A DNA stretch of 64,000 bases, taken from NCBI GenBank assembly GCA_963754925.1, contig CAVWHX010000007.1, forward strand, positions 160,001 through 224,000, given 5' to 3'. Shown here piece after piece: positions 1 to 9,698 of this stretch; within the stretch, counting starts at the first letter, position 1; the number at the start of each line of letters is the position of its first letter. Source of the DNA: an uncultured delta proteobacterium. GTDB lineage: Bacteria; Myxococcota; B64-G9. A model generated the notes under the pieces. It was not told the DNA's origin and searched no databases. It was given only the letters and a program-made list of their open reading frames with translations. The position numbers and the translations under genes are program-made.

Positions 1-464
1 TCGGGCAAAAATAGCCATTTCCCTCTATCCCCTTTCGTTAGAGCAGGGGTTAGAGGGCGCTTTGAGCGTTCTCTGACCTCCTAAAAAGAAATAGAATAGT
101 ATTGAAAGGCACGATAAGGTAAGTAGACTATGCTTTTTCAAATATACAATTGCGAAATAATATTATTCTTTGAGTTAGAGGCCAAAATTTTGCTGCCCGA
201 CCTTTATGTCGTGATGATCACCCGCGATTATCCGACCGACTGGGCCTGGTGCCTGCCGATCTCCAGCGCCCAAATTCCTTACGCCGACCCGATCGCCGTC
301 ATTCAACGCTCCTATCTTTAAGCTCGGAACTACAACGGGACCGAGCCCTGATCTGATGCCGGCACCGCACCTGATCAGGTAAGCGCAATGGCGGCAACCG
401 GCGGCACGCCCCATAATGTAAATTTTATAGTAGGTTACAACCCGAATTTAAAGTTTAAGAGGAC

Positions 465-1025
465 ATGGTCATGACGAAGAAAGTTATTTTGGGGGGGTTA
501 ATCATTATCTTCAGCTTTGCCGCGGGATTTGTTGCGTCCATGTATTCATATCCGGGCAGGGAATTCACCCGAACTTGGGAAATGGTTGCCCATGAAGTCG
601 GAATGAACAGATGGCTTCATGAGAGAAATTTGGCAAATGAAACATCGAGACTGATCGTAAGACCAAACAATGATACTCTTTACTCAGCTGCATCTGTGGA
701 TATTGATTCAGGCCCTTTTATTATAAGCATGCCGCCTTCTGATCGATATTGGAGTGTAGAGTTCATGAAGGACAATACAGATGTCTTCGCTTACATTGGG
801 TCACGAGAATATGGCCTCAACAAAGCGGTAACGGTAATATTAGCCGGGAAGGATTTTGCCGGAGATGCGAGAGGATTACCAGTATTAAAATCTCCTAGCA
901 AGAAGGTTTGGGCGATGGCAAGGTTACTGGTGGATGGGAATGATGACCTTCCCAGAGTCCACAAGCTTCAGGAACGGATGAAAATTATTCTTTTGAAAGA
1001 ATATCAACGTAATTTATATCAATAA
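465..1025 (+). CDS. DUF1254-like exported protein
   Basis: N-terminal hydrophobic signal; motif IVRPNNDTLYS...D...GP typical of DUF1254; paired with a DUF1214-like gene. Confidence 0.75.
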   Translation: MVMTKKVILGGLIIIFSFAAGFVASMYSYPGREFTRTWEMVAHEVGMNRWLHERNLANETSRLIVRPNNDTLYSAASVDIDSGPFIISMPPSDRYWSVEFMKDNTDVFAYIGSREYGLNKAVTVILAGKDFAGDARGLPVLKSPSKKVWAMARLLVDGNDDLPRVHKLQERMKIILLKEYQRNLYQ

Positions 1026-1048
1026 GTGGAGAGAAGTCTGAAGGGATC

Positions 1049-1510
1049 ATGAAAAAAGCAATTATCTTTACATCTGTTATAATTGTATCCTTTATTGCCG
1101 GATGGACTCTCATGGCACCATCGCTGGATTATTTCGATAAATGTCACCTAGGTATGCTGCTCAAAAAAGGAAATGGAACCGTAAAGAATGGATCATGGAT
1201 GACCCGACTTGATCTTGCCCAGAGTTACACTCCACCTCTCATTCGTGCTTACATAGCACGCATCGGGATAGCGGCGAACCAGGCGGATGAAGCAATATAC
1301 TGGAATGCATATACTGATACTATGGGGCGCCTGCTAGATGGAAACCATTTATATGATATACGTTTTAATGGACGACCGCTAGTACGAACTGACGGTTTCT
1401 GGAGTCTTACGGTGTATGATAAGGATAGCTACTTGGTCGCCAATCAAGAAAGGCGTTACGCCCTGGGGGATAGGTCTCCTCTCACAAAGAACCCCTGTGG
1501 TTCGCCATAA
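1049..1510 (+). pseudogene. DUF1214-like protein, 3'-truncated by the IS at 1494
   Basis: Motifs EAIYW...D..G..LDG...Y, GFWSLTVYD, N..RRYALGD; the last codons come from the IS left end and the C-terminal part is missing. Confidence 0.7.
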
Positions 1511-2888
1511 TCTCGTCCATATTGAAATATAAGCATTTTCCGACTGGTCGAGTTTTCCCACTCCAACATGAAATTTTGCCAACGCGTTCCATTAACCGCA
1601 TCATGTCGCCATGGCCAAGTTACTCTTCAATCTCCTGTTCTGGTTTGTCCGCGCTACATTTCGTTCTCAACAAGATCTGATTCTTGAGAACCTCGCTCTC
1701 AGGCAACAACTGGCTGTCCTCAAATCCAAGCGCACTCGTCCCATACTTCATTATGTTGACCGTGCGTTCTGGGTAGCTCTCCAAGAATCGTGGAAGAGAT
1801 GGAAAAACGTTCTTATGGTGGTCAAACCTGAAACCATCGTTCGCTGGCACAAAGAAGGATTCCGTCGGTATTGGCGTTGGAAATCCAAACCAGGCACGAT
1901 AGGTCGATCACTTATCAGCAGTGAGACCCGCGCACTTGTCCGTAGAATGGCTACCGCGAACAACTGGGGTGCTCCGAGAATTCACGCTGAGCTGCTGAAA
2001 TTGGGATTTAGAGTATCCGAACGCACCGTGTCACGGTATATGCCCAAGAAGCCCGCTCCGCCAGATGCTTTGCAACGTTGGATGACTTTTCTCAAAAACC
2101 ATCGAGATCTGATCGCAGGAATCGATTTCTTCACTGTTCCCACCATCACGTTCAGCGTGCTCTATGTGTTCTTCATCATCATGCATGCGAGACGACAGAT
2201 CACCCGGTCCGCTGTTACCACCCATCCCTGTTCAGAATGGATTATCCAGCAACTCAGAGAAGCCTTTCCTTGCGAGACGGCCCCCAAGTATCTAATACTC
2301 GATCGAGACCGTAAGTTTGGGCTCTCTGTTTTCGGTGCCCTAAAATCCATGAATATAAAGCCGGTACGAATCGCTTGGAAATCACCTTGGCAGAACGGAG
2401 TCGCTGAACGCTGGGTATTATCGGTACGTCGAGAGCTACTGGATCATGTGGTCGTGTTGAACCAGACTCATTTGCGAAGGCTTCTTCGGGAGTATGTCAC
2501 CTATTACAATACAGACCGTTGCCATCTTACCCTCGAAAAGGATTCTCCCGACAAGCGGCCGGTAACGAAACGGCCGTCACCGAATGCCCAGGTGATTGCG
2601 TTACCAAGAGTCGGTGGACTGCATCACCGATATGAGTGGCGCGAGGCTGCTTAGATCTGGGTTGGCTGGTTATGACCTAAATGAGTCTTTTTCATTGAAT
2701 AAGTCTATCTTCGATCTGATTTTTCTATTCGTCTCCTCCCAGAAAACCAGCACAACCAGCTCATTATTATCAAGAAGTTCGGATCACGAGATGCTTTTTG
2801 GGTTCTGATCTTGCCTTGGGAATGCTCGGTTGCTCTTTTGTATTGGTTATGGCGAAGGACAATGGACGAGTTTTTGGCGAACCACAGG
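1494..2888 (+). mobile_element. ~1.4-kb single-ORF DDE insertion sequence (IS481-like TGT...ACA termini; family assignment tentative)
   Basis: Inverted termini CCTGTGGTTCGCCATAATCTCGTCCAT (1494) and ATGGACGAGTTTTTGGCGAACCACAGG (ends 2888) enclose an integrase-core ORF; an inner end-like copy TGGCGAAGGACA lies at ~2850-2861; no TSD visible. Confidence 0.85.
1611..2654 (+). CDS. Integrase core (rve) DDE transposase
   Basis: WGAPRIHAEL HTH; catalytic D(FF), D(RD) and PWQNGVAE(R); C-terminal GGLHHRY; intact 347 aa. Confidence 0.9.
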   Translation: MAKLLFNLLFWFVRATFRSQQDLILENLALRQQLAVLKSKRTRPILHYVDRAFWVALQESWKRWKNVLMVVKPETIVRWHKEGFRRYWRWKSKPGTIGRSLISSETRALVRRMATANNWGAPRIHAELLKLGFRVSERTVSRYMPKKPAPPDALQRWMTFLKNHRDLIAGIDFFTVPTITFSVLYVFFIIMHARRQITRSAVTTHPCSEWIIQQLREAFPCETAPKYLILDRDRKFGLSVFGALKSMNIKPVRIAWKSPWQNGVAERWVLSVRRELLDHVVVLNQTHLRRLLREYVTYYNTDRCHLTLEKDSPDKRPVTKRPSPNAQVIALPRVGGLHHRYEWREAA

Positions 2889-2944
2889 GTCAACGGCGAT
2901 GAAATTTGTCGAAAGAATTCCAGAATTGTTTCGACAAACGAAAA

Positions 2945-2972
2945 AAGGACTCACAATGTTTTGTAAGTCCTT
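2945..2972 (-). terminator. Hairpin downstream of tRNA-Ala
   Basis: AAGGACT-N14-AGTCCTT with a T-run on the minus strand. Confidence 0.55.
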
Positions 2973-2980
2973 GAAATCAA

Positions 2981-3053
<73 letters not shown>

Positions 3054-3332
3054 GAAAAACATCCTGCATATCAAAAATCGTTTAGGACTCTTAGTCTTCA
3101 TCACTTTGGTACGTTTCAGCGCCTGCGGCCTAAACGGTCACGCATAATGCAATGGCTTTTGAACGTGGTCAAGCTTTTTCAGGTTCCCATAAAAACAGGG
3201 TGCTTTTCATTGACATATCCTGGTGACTGACGTATTCAGTTCTCTCAGTTAGTTTCGGGTGAATACGATGGATCTGAGGGGTCCACCCCGTGGGAGGCAC
3301 AAACCATTCTACAGGTTTTTTGGAGCTGGTAA

Positions 3333-5510
3333 ATGGCCGTTGATACGCACGCTGATCTTGTAAAACTCGAGACCGAGTTTGAAAATAACCCCAAATCAGA
3401 GGCATTCATTCCGCTCGCCCAAGCCTATCTGAAAAAAGGACGCTTTGTCGAGGCGATGGTGGTATGCAAGAAGGGTATTAAAGCCAACCCCACGTTACCG
3501 ACGGGTCGGTTGGTTATGGCCAGCATCTATTTGGAGCAAGCCAAACACCAAAAAGCGGTCGATGAACTTACCAGCCTGACTTAACATAACCCCCGAACAC
3601 ACCGATGGCCTCCGGTTACTGGGAACAATCTATCTTAAGTTAGGTAAAAAGGAAGAAGGAATAGCACTCCTAAAAAAAGTTGTCGATCTGCTTCCTGAAG
3701 ATGAGGATGCGTCAAATACGTTGCGGGAACTTGGGATCGACTACCTTCCACCCAGTAAGATGCCAAAGCCAACACCCGAACAGCAGCTGCGGTCGACGGG
3801 TGATCAATCCGCTGCAACCGCCGGCGCTGCCGGTTCGGCCGATGCTCAGGCACACGGGTACCAGGGTTATTCTCAACCGGCAGTCTACGAACCACCCAAG
3901 AAACGCATCGCCGATATCTTCCAGGAACAGATGGAGAAGACCAAAAAGCCCCAAGAAAACCTGAAGTTAAAATACAGTATGTATTTTGGTGGGGCGCTGT
4001 TAGTGGTATTGCTCTTCTGGATAGTCTATTCGTGGTATACGGGAAAAATCCAGGATGAGATCAACGATCATATGCAAAAGGCACGCGCCCTTTTCAACCA
4101 GGATTCTTACGCCGGATACAACCAGGCGCTTGAGCAGTATCGAGCGATATACAAACTTAATAAAAGCCACACCGAAGCGCTTTCCCGTATGGGCTTTATT
4201 TGCGCCGTATTGGTGGGAGAGTTTGACGCCCCGAACGAGTTACTCAACGAGGGTAGGAAATACGTCAGCGAAGCCAGTGCGCTTGATCAAAACAACCCCA
4301 TGCTGGCTTCCGCCAAAGCATACTTGATAGTATACGGCAACGGGAACAAAAACGAGGCGGTCAAATTACTCAAGGATGGTCTGAAACAAAATCCAGACTC
4401 ATCGCTTCTGCACACCACCTTGGGATATGTATCGCTCTATCAAGGCAACCTTGCCGATGCCCTCGAAGAATTGACCAAGGGTATCAAGCCGAGTGAGATC
4501 AGACCCTTTGTCGGGCTCGGGTTGCTCGCCATGCGTCGTTCAATGTATCGGGAGGCCAATACGTTCTTCAGTCAGGCGTTGCAAAACGACAAAGGGCACA
4601 TTAAAGTATACTCAATAAGGGGCTCCTGGCTTTGATCCGCGGCAACACCCCGCTTAATAACAAAGATGCCGAGGATGCGCTGGTCAGCTTTAGAGGTGAT
4701 CTCGAGAAAACCGCATCCGAAAACGAAAAACTCACGGCTGACTTCATACAGACCATTCTGACCATTCGCAATCAACAAAAAGGATTGGATCAGCTGAAGG
4801 CCTTAGTGAATAAAGATAAAGAGACCGGAATGTTCTCTTTTATCGCCGCCCGCGAGTACTGTAGGCTCGGCATGCTTACCGATGCGAAGAATGCGATTCA
4901 AAAAGCCTTACATGTCGACAGCACTCGACCCGACTTTGCGCTGGAAGAAGCAGCCGTTCTCTTGGATGCCAAGGAATATGAATCGGCTCGCAGCCGAGCA
5001 TTGAGGGTGCAGGCAATGGACGGCGAGACGGGAGTAAGTCTGTTGCTCATCGGCGATGCGTACCTGGCCGAGAAGAACTTCGACAAAGCTCTGGAATATT
5101 ATGAAAAAGCAAAAAAGGAAGACACGTTGGCAATCAGTCAGCAACGTATTGCCAAAACGTATCTCAGCATGCCGAGACCGGATGAAGATAAGGCGCAAGC
5201 CTCTTTGGAAGTTGCCGTGCGCGGTTTGGTAAATTCCGGCGAACGTCGCCTGGCGGCCGAATCGGCCGTAAAATTGGCTGGCATTTACGCCAAGAAAAAT
5301 CGCCTCGAAGAGTTTCGTAACGTTTTGCAAACCGCCAAAAATGCCGATCTATCCTACGCCCCTCCGTATGCAATGATTGGCTGTAATATAGATATATCAA
5401 AGTCGGAGGGTAAGGAAGCCGCAAAAACCAACTGCGAGAAGTACCTGCAACTTGATCCCCGAGGCGAATATGCCGCCGCTTGTCAAGAAGTCCTCAAGAA
5501 GGTCAAGTAG
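3333..5510 (+). CDS. Membrane-anchored TPR protein, split into three ORFs by frameshifts (~3580, ~4620)
   Basis: ORFs 3333-3584, 3721-4635 and 4632-5510 join after single-base shifts; TPR-like helices, one TM segment; paralogous to 6607-7950. Confidence 0.7.
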
Positions 5511-5595
5511 ACGCAACCGTTCAGGAAAATACATAATGATAGTCTCAAGAGCAGTGCGGATCGTTTGCAGGGCAAGAAAAAGATGAGGCTCCGTC

Positions 5596-6426
5596 ATGAC
5601 CACGTATGTTGACCTGCATGTACATACCACGGCGTCCGACGGCAGCCTGAGTCCGGCTGATATCGTTGCGTTGTCCGAATCAATTGGTTTGGTCGCGGTT
5701 GCTATTACCGACCATGACACCATCGCTGGTTTGGCCGAGGGGCTTGCCGCCGCGCGAACGGCTGAGGTTGTTTCAGGAATAGAGCTATCGGTTCAAACCG
5801 AAGAAGGAAGTGTTCACGTTTTGGGATTATGGCTCGACCATACCAATCCGGTCCTCTTCTCCCGACTTAAAGAGCTGCTTAATTCCAGAATCAAGCGCAA
5901 CGCAGAAATTGTCGCGCGATTAGACAAACTTGGAATGCCGGTGACGATGGAGGAAGTTGCTGCCGTCGCGGGAGGTACGGTGGTCGGCCGACCGCACTTT
6001 GCCGAGGTGCTCCTTCGACATGGCTATGTTTCCTCCACAGAACAAGCGTTCAATAAATTTTTGAATCGCGGCAAACCGGCATACGCTGAAAGAATGCGGC
6101 TTTCGCCACCCGAGGCGTTCTCGCTCTTTCACCAGGTTGGAGGCATCGCTGTTTTGGCTCATCCGGGTCATATTCAGTCAACAGCCGAGAAACTAGAACG
6201 AATGTTGCATCGTTGGAAAGACCAAGGCCTCGATGGCATGGAGGTCTACCATCCCGATCACGGCCCTGAGTACGTGTCGCTCTTTCGGCAAATGGCTCGT
6301 CGGGTCGGCTTGGCCGAGTCTGGCGGCTCGGATTTTCATGGTTCCCGTCGGACCGGCATTAAGCTCGGGTCGGCGCGCGCGCCGGCCGAGATTTTGTCTG
6401 ATTTACGAGCTCGACGGTGCAGATAA
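5596..6426 (+). CDS. PHP-domain phosphoesterase (TrpH/YciV-like)
   Basis: DLHVHTTASDG, AITDHDT, GRPHFA, LAHP and GGSDFHG motifs. Confidence 0.9.
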   Translation: MTTYVDLHVHTTASDGSLSPADIVALSESIGLVAVAITDHDTIAGLAEGLAAARTAEVVSGIELSVQTEEGSVHVLGLWLDHTNPVLFSRLKELLNSRIKRNAEIVARLDKLGMPVTMEEVAAVAGGTVVGRPHFAEVLLRHGYVSSTEQAFNKFLNRGKPAYAERMRLSPPEAFSLFHQVGGIAVLAHPGHIQSTAEKLERMLHRWKDQGLDGMEVYHPDHGPEYVSLFRQMARRVGLAESGGSDFHGSRRTGIKLGSARAPAEILSDLRARRCR

Positions 6427-6471
6427 AATCTACCTTTCACCCTCTTTAAGCATTGAGGGCGTTGCAAAACC

Positions 6472-6557
6472 TGTCACCCCCGCGAAAGCGCGTGCGGCTT
6501 GGCTGGGGGTCCAGAAGTCCTTTGAAAAACTGGATTCCCGCCTCCGCGGGAATGACA
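6472..6557. repeat. REP-like palindrome (GTCAYCCCCGCG...CTGGATTCCCGC...GCGGGAATGAC), copy 1
   Basis: Inverted arms; similar copy at 7987-8068; both carry TGCGGCTTGGCT in the left arm. Confidence 0.8.
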
Positions 6558-6606
6558 TTCAGAGACTTTGCAACGGCCTCAACGTTGGGAAAGGGTGATA
6601 TTTCCC

Positions 6607-7950
6607 ATGTTTTGGATTAGAGTTGTGAAATTGATAGCACACAGAAACATAGTTCGTCAGGTCATGCTCATTGCATGCGTGGTGTTGTCTAATCCGTCTT
6701 GTAAAAGCCAAGACGAGATCAACTTACATATGCACAGGGGCAACGCTCTTTTTAACCAGGATTCTTATACGGGTTACGACGAGGCGCTTGACCAATACCG
6801 CACGGTTTACGAACTCGACCACAAGCACCTTGAGGCTCTCGCTCGCATGGGTTTTGCCTGCGCTGTGTTGGTAGGAGAGTTCGGCGCCCCGTCCGACTTG
6901 CTCAAAGAAGGCAAGAAATATGTCGACGAGGCCGAGGCTCTCGATCAGCATAGCCCTTGGTTAGTCGCGGCCAAGGCGCTCCTCATCGTTTACGGCAACG
7001 GCAATAAAACCGAAGCCATAACACTGCTCCAAAACGCACTGGCGAGCGATCAAGAATCGTCTCTGTTGCATACCACGCTTGGCTATGTCTTCCTGAACCT
7101 CAATGATACCAAGGAAGCGTCAGAAGAGCTAACCCAGGGAATCAAGCCTAATGAAATCAGACCGCTAGTTGGCCTGGGACTAACCGCCATGCGCCGGTCA
7201 CGGTACACGGAAGCCGCCAATTTCTTTAGCCTGGCGTTGAAAAACGATGCCAGCCACCTGACCAGCATGCTCAATAGGGGAATTTTGGCCTTGTTGCGTG
7301 GCAACACGCCCTCTGACAACCAAGAAGCCGATGACGCGCTAAAGAAATTTAGTCTTGTCCCGGAGAACACCGCATCTCAGTATGAAAAACGGATAGCCAA
7401 ATGCATCAAGATTATTCTGACTCTTCGCGGCCCACAGCGAGCCAAGGGTCTCGACCAACTCAAGATAGCGCTCGATAAAGAACAGGATGACGGCCAGTTT
7501 TCTTTTGTCGCCGCCCGCGAATACCGTCGGCAAGGAATGCGTGACGAGGCAACGGCTGCTATCAGAAAATCGTTAGCGATTAATCCATCACGACCTGACG
7601 TTGCGCTTGAACAGGCCGCCATCTTCCTCGATTTAAAGAATTTCGAAGCTGCTCGCTCCGTGGCATTAAGGCTTCACGCGCGTGATCCCGGCAACATAGA
7701 GAGTTTGTTAATTGCTGGCGATGCGTATCTCGGCGAGAAGAATTTCGAGAATGCGTTGGACTACTTCAACCAAGCAAAAAACGCCGACCCGACTTTTGCT
7801 CCTCCCTATGCTCGAATCGGGTGTAGCCCTGATCTCATTGAATTAGTCGGCGCCGAAGCGTCTCGAGCCAACCGCGAGCGATACCTCCAACTCGATCCTC
7901 ACGGCGAATATGAACGTGCTTGTCAAAAGGCAATAACGTCTGTCAGGTAG
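6607..7950 (+). CDS. TPR protein, paralog of the C-terminal part of 3333-5510, possible lipoprotein
   Basis: ALFNQDSY..Y..AL.QYR..Y, RMGF.CAVLVGEF and YLQLDP.GEY shared with the upstream TPR gene; start taken at ATG 6607 (uncertain). Confidence 0.75.
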   Translation: MFWIRVVKLIAHRNIVRQVMLIACVVLSNPSCKSQDEINLHMHRGNALFNQDSYTGYDEALDQYRTVYELDHKHLEALARMGFACAVLVGEFGAPSDLLKEGKKYVDEAEALDQHSPWLVAAKALLIVYGNGNKTEAITLLQNALASDQESSLLHTTLGYVFLNLNDTKEASEELTQGIKPNEIRPLVGLGLTAMRRSRYTEAANFFSLALKNDASHLTSMLNRGILALLRGNTPSDNQEADDALKKFSLVPENTASQYEKRIAKCIKIILTLRGPQRAKGLDQLKIALDKEQDDGQFSFVAAREYRRQGMRDEATAAIRKSLAINPSRPDVALEQAAIFLDLKNFEAARSVALRLHARDPGNIESLLIAGDAYLGEKNFENALDYFNQAKNADPTFAPPYARIGCSPDLIELVGAEASRANRERYLQLDPHGEYERACQKAITSVR

Positions 7951-7986
7951 GTGAGTCGTCCTTTAGATAATCAAATAGTTGAACTA

Positions 7987-8068
7987 GTCATCCCCGCGGA
8001 GGCGCTGTGCGGCTTGGCTGGGGATCCATACTGCGTCACTTCTGGATTCCCGCTTACGCGGGAATGAC
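7987..8068. repeat. REP-like palindrome, copy 2
   Basis: GTCATCCCCGCGGAGGCG...CTGGATTCCCGCTTACGCGGGAATGAC. Confidence 0.8.
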
Positions 8069-8091
8069 CAGAAGGTATTATGCAGAACAAT

Positions 8092-8688
8092 TCACTTGGC
8101 CGAGGGCGCTTTTATCGGCGTCTTCTGGAAAACCTCCGCCCTTGATTTCTCCGCAGATTTTGAAAGCACAACGCCTTTTTCGCGAGCAGCCAGCTCGGAC
8201 GCAAGCTCGGAGAAAAGAGGTTGCGGCCCCAGCAGAATAACCTCGGCGCCAGGAAGGGCGACCACGGCTCGCTCAAAAAAGAGTCTGAATGCCTCGGCAG
8301 CCGTGATCGAACCGGTTTCCACAAACGGTAGTTCGAGCGCAGCCTTGTTAAGACATGCCCTCGTGAGCACTTTGAACATGAGATCAACGGTTTGGAAAAA
8401 CGAATTTCGATCAAATTGATTGCGCGCACCCAGACCGAAGAGCAAGATCCGTTCAGCGCCAATGCGACTGCCCGTGTTGGTCAACAACACCTCACCGCGG
8501 CGGCAACCAAAAGCGTTTTCCTGGATCAACCCGCTGACACGTCCACAGAGGCGCCAATCGCAATAACCGGCCGTGCCCCGCAGGGGGCGGTCGTCCTCAA
8601 ACAGGCTCAAGACCAGCACATCGGCTTGCAGTCGATCGAGCGACGCAAGCGAGACACCCGTGGTCGATAGAACAAGCGAACGGGTCAT
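8092..8688 (-). CDS. Peptidase M17 N-terminal-domain protein
   Basis: EDDRPLRG.AGY.DWRLCG...ILLFGLG pattern; follows nusB. Confidence 0.7.
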   Translation of the reverse strand: MTRSLVLSTTGVSLASLDRLQADVLVLSLFEDDRPLRGTAGYCDWRLCGRVSGLIQENAFGCRRGEVLLTNTGSRIGAERILLFGLGARNQFDRNSFFQTVDLMFKVLTRACLNKAALELPFVETGSITAAEAFRLFFERAVVALPGAEVILLGPQPLFSELASELAAREKGVVLSKSAEKSRAEVFQKTPIKAPSAK

Positions 8689-8696
8689 GGATCTTG

Positions 8697-9101
8697 TTAA
8701 TCCATTTCACTGGCCAATTTGTCAAGGATGCCGTTTATGAAAGCCCAGGAGTCCTCGGTGCCATAGCGTTTGGCGATCTCGATGGCCTCGTTCAGGGTCA
8801 CCCGTTTGGGAATCTCTTCAACGTAGAAGATCTCATAGGCCGCCATACGCAGAATGTTGCGATCGATACAGGCCATGCGCCGTATCTTCCAATGAATGCT
8901 CACCTTCTGAATTACCTTGTCGAGCTCATTCAAATGCGTCAGGGTGCCGCGCACAATCATCTCGGTGAATTCGCGACCCTCGTCTTCTGGTTCGAAATCC
9001 TCCCAAAACTGTCGAATGGCTTCTTCCACGGGATGATCACCGACCTCAAAGGCATACAAGATCTTCAACGCGTTTTCTCTGGCTTTGCGGCGGATGCCCA
9101 T
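8697..9101 (-). CDS. nusB: Transcription antitermination factor NusB
   Basis: RRKARE...W...RM..IDRNILR...P..V.LNEAIEIAK.YG...S..FINGILD; ATG at 9101. Confidence 0.95.
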   Translation of the reverse strand: MGIRRKARENALKILYAFEVGDHPVEEAIRQFWEDFEPEDEGREFTEMIVRGTLTHLNELDKVIQKVSIHWKIRRMACIDRNILRMAAYEIFYVEEIPKRVTLNEAIEIAKRYGTEDSWAFINGILDKLASEMD

Positions 9102-9180
9102 GAGACCAGACCTTAGCGCCTTGTTAGTCGTGGCTGTCCACAGACTCTGGTGAGCGGTTTCCCGATTCCTACCATTGAAG

Positions 9181-9678
9181 CTAGCGAGCGCGTGGTGATT
9201 TTGACTTGCGCACGCCACTAGTACGATAGAGGTTGCTCATTTCAATAGCCGCCAGCGCGGCATCAAAGCCTTTATTACCCATCTTCGACCCGCCCCGTTC
9301 GATCGCCTGTTCGAGGTTGTCGGCGGTGATAACGCCCATTCCGATCGCCACGGGAAATTCGCCGGCGGTCGCTGCCACACCCTTGAACACTTCGGCCGCG
9401 ATGAGATCGAAATGCGTCGTGCCGCCCCGAATCAAGGCGCCTAAACAGATTATCGCGTCGACGTCAGAGGCCGCGGCAAGATGCCGCACCATTGCCGGCA
9501 GCTCAAATGAACCCGGGGTACGGTATACCCGAATGTCTTGATCGTTGGCGCCGTGGCGCGTAAGTGCGTCCAAGGCTCCTTCCAGAAGGCGTTCACTAAT
9601 AAAGTTGTTAAAGCGGCTCACGACGATCGCTACCTTAAGGCCTCGAGCGTCAAATTGACCTTCGAAAATCCTCGGCAT
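9181..9678 (-). CDS. ribH: 6,7-dimethyl-8-ribityllumazine synthase
   Basis: VSRFN, PGSFELP, IRGGTTHF and NKG motifs. Confidence 0.95.
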   Translation of the reverse strand: MPRIFEGQFDARGLKVAIVVSRFNNFISERLLEGALDALTRHGANDQDIRVYRTPGSFELPAMVRHLAAASDVDAIICLGALIRGGTTHFDLIAAEVFKGVAATAGEFPVAIGMGVITADNLEQAIERGGSKMGNKGFDAALAAIEMSNLYRTSGVRKSKSPRAR

Positions 9679-9698
9679 GGGTATCCTCCAAAAAGATG

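Noticed and set aside
130..414. Small ORFs at the window start
   Set aside because: Look like a short gene remnant with no recognisable domain.
3075..3160. Possible c-di-GMP-I riboswitch (GCCTGCGGCCTAAAC)
   Set aside because: The GCAAA/GAAA P2 elements are missing; better explained as a CGTTTAGG...CCTAAACG inverted repeat.
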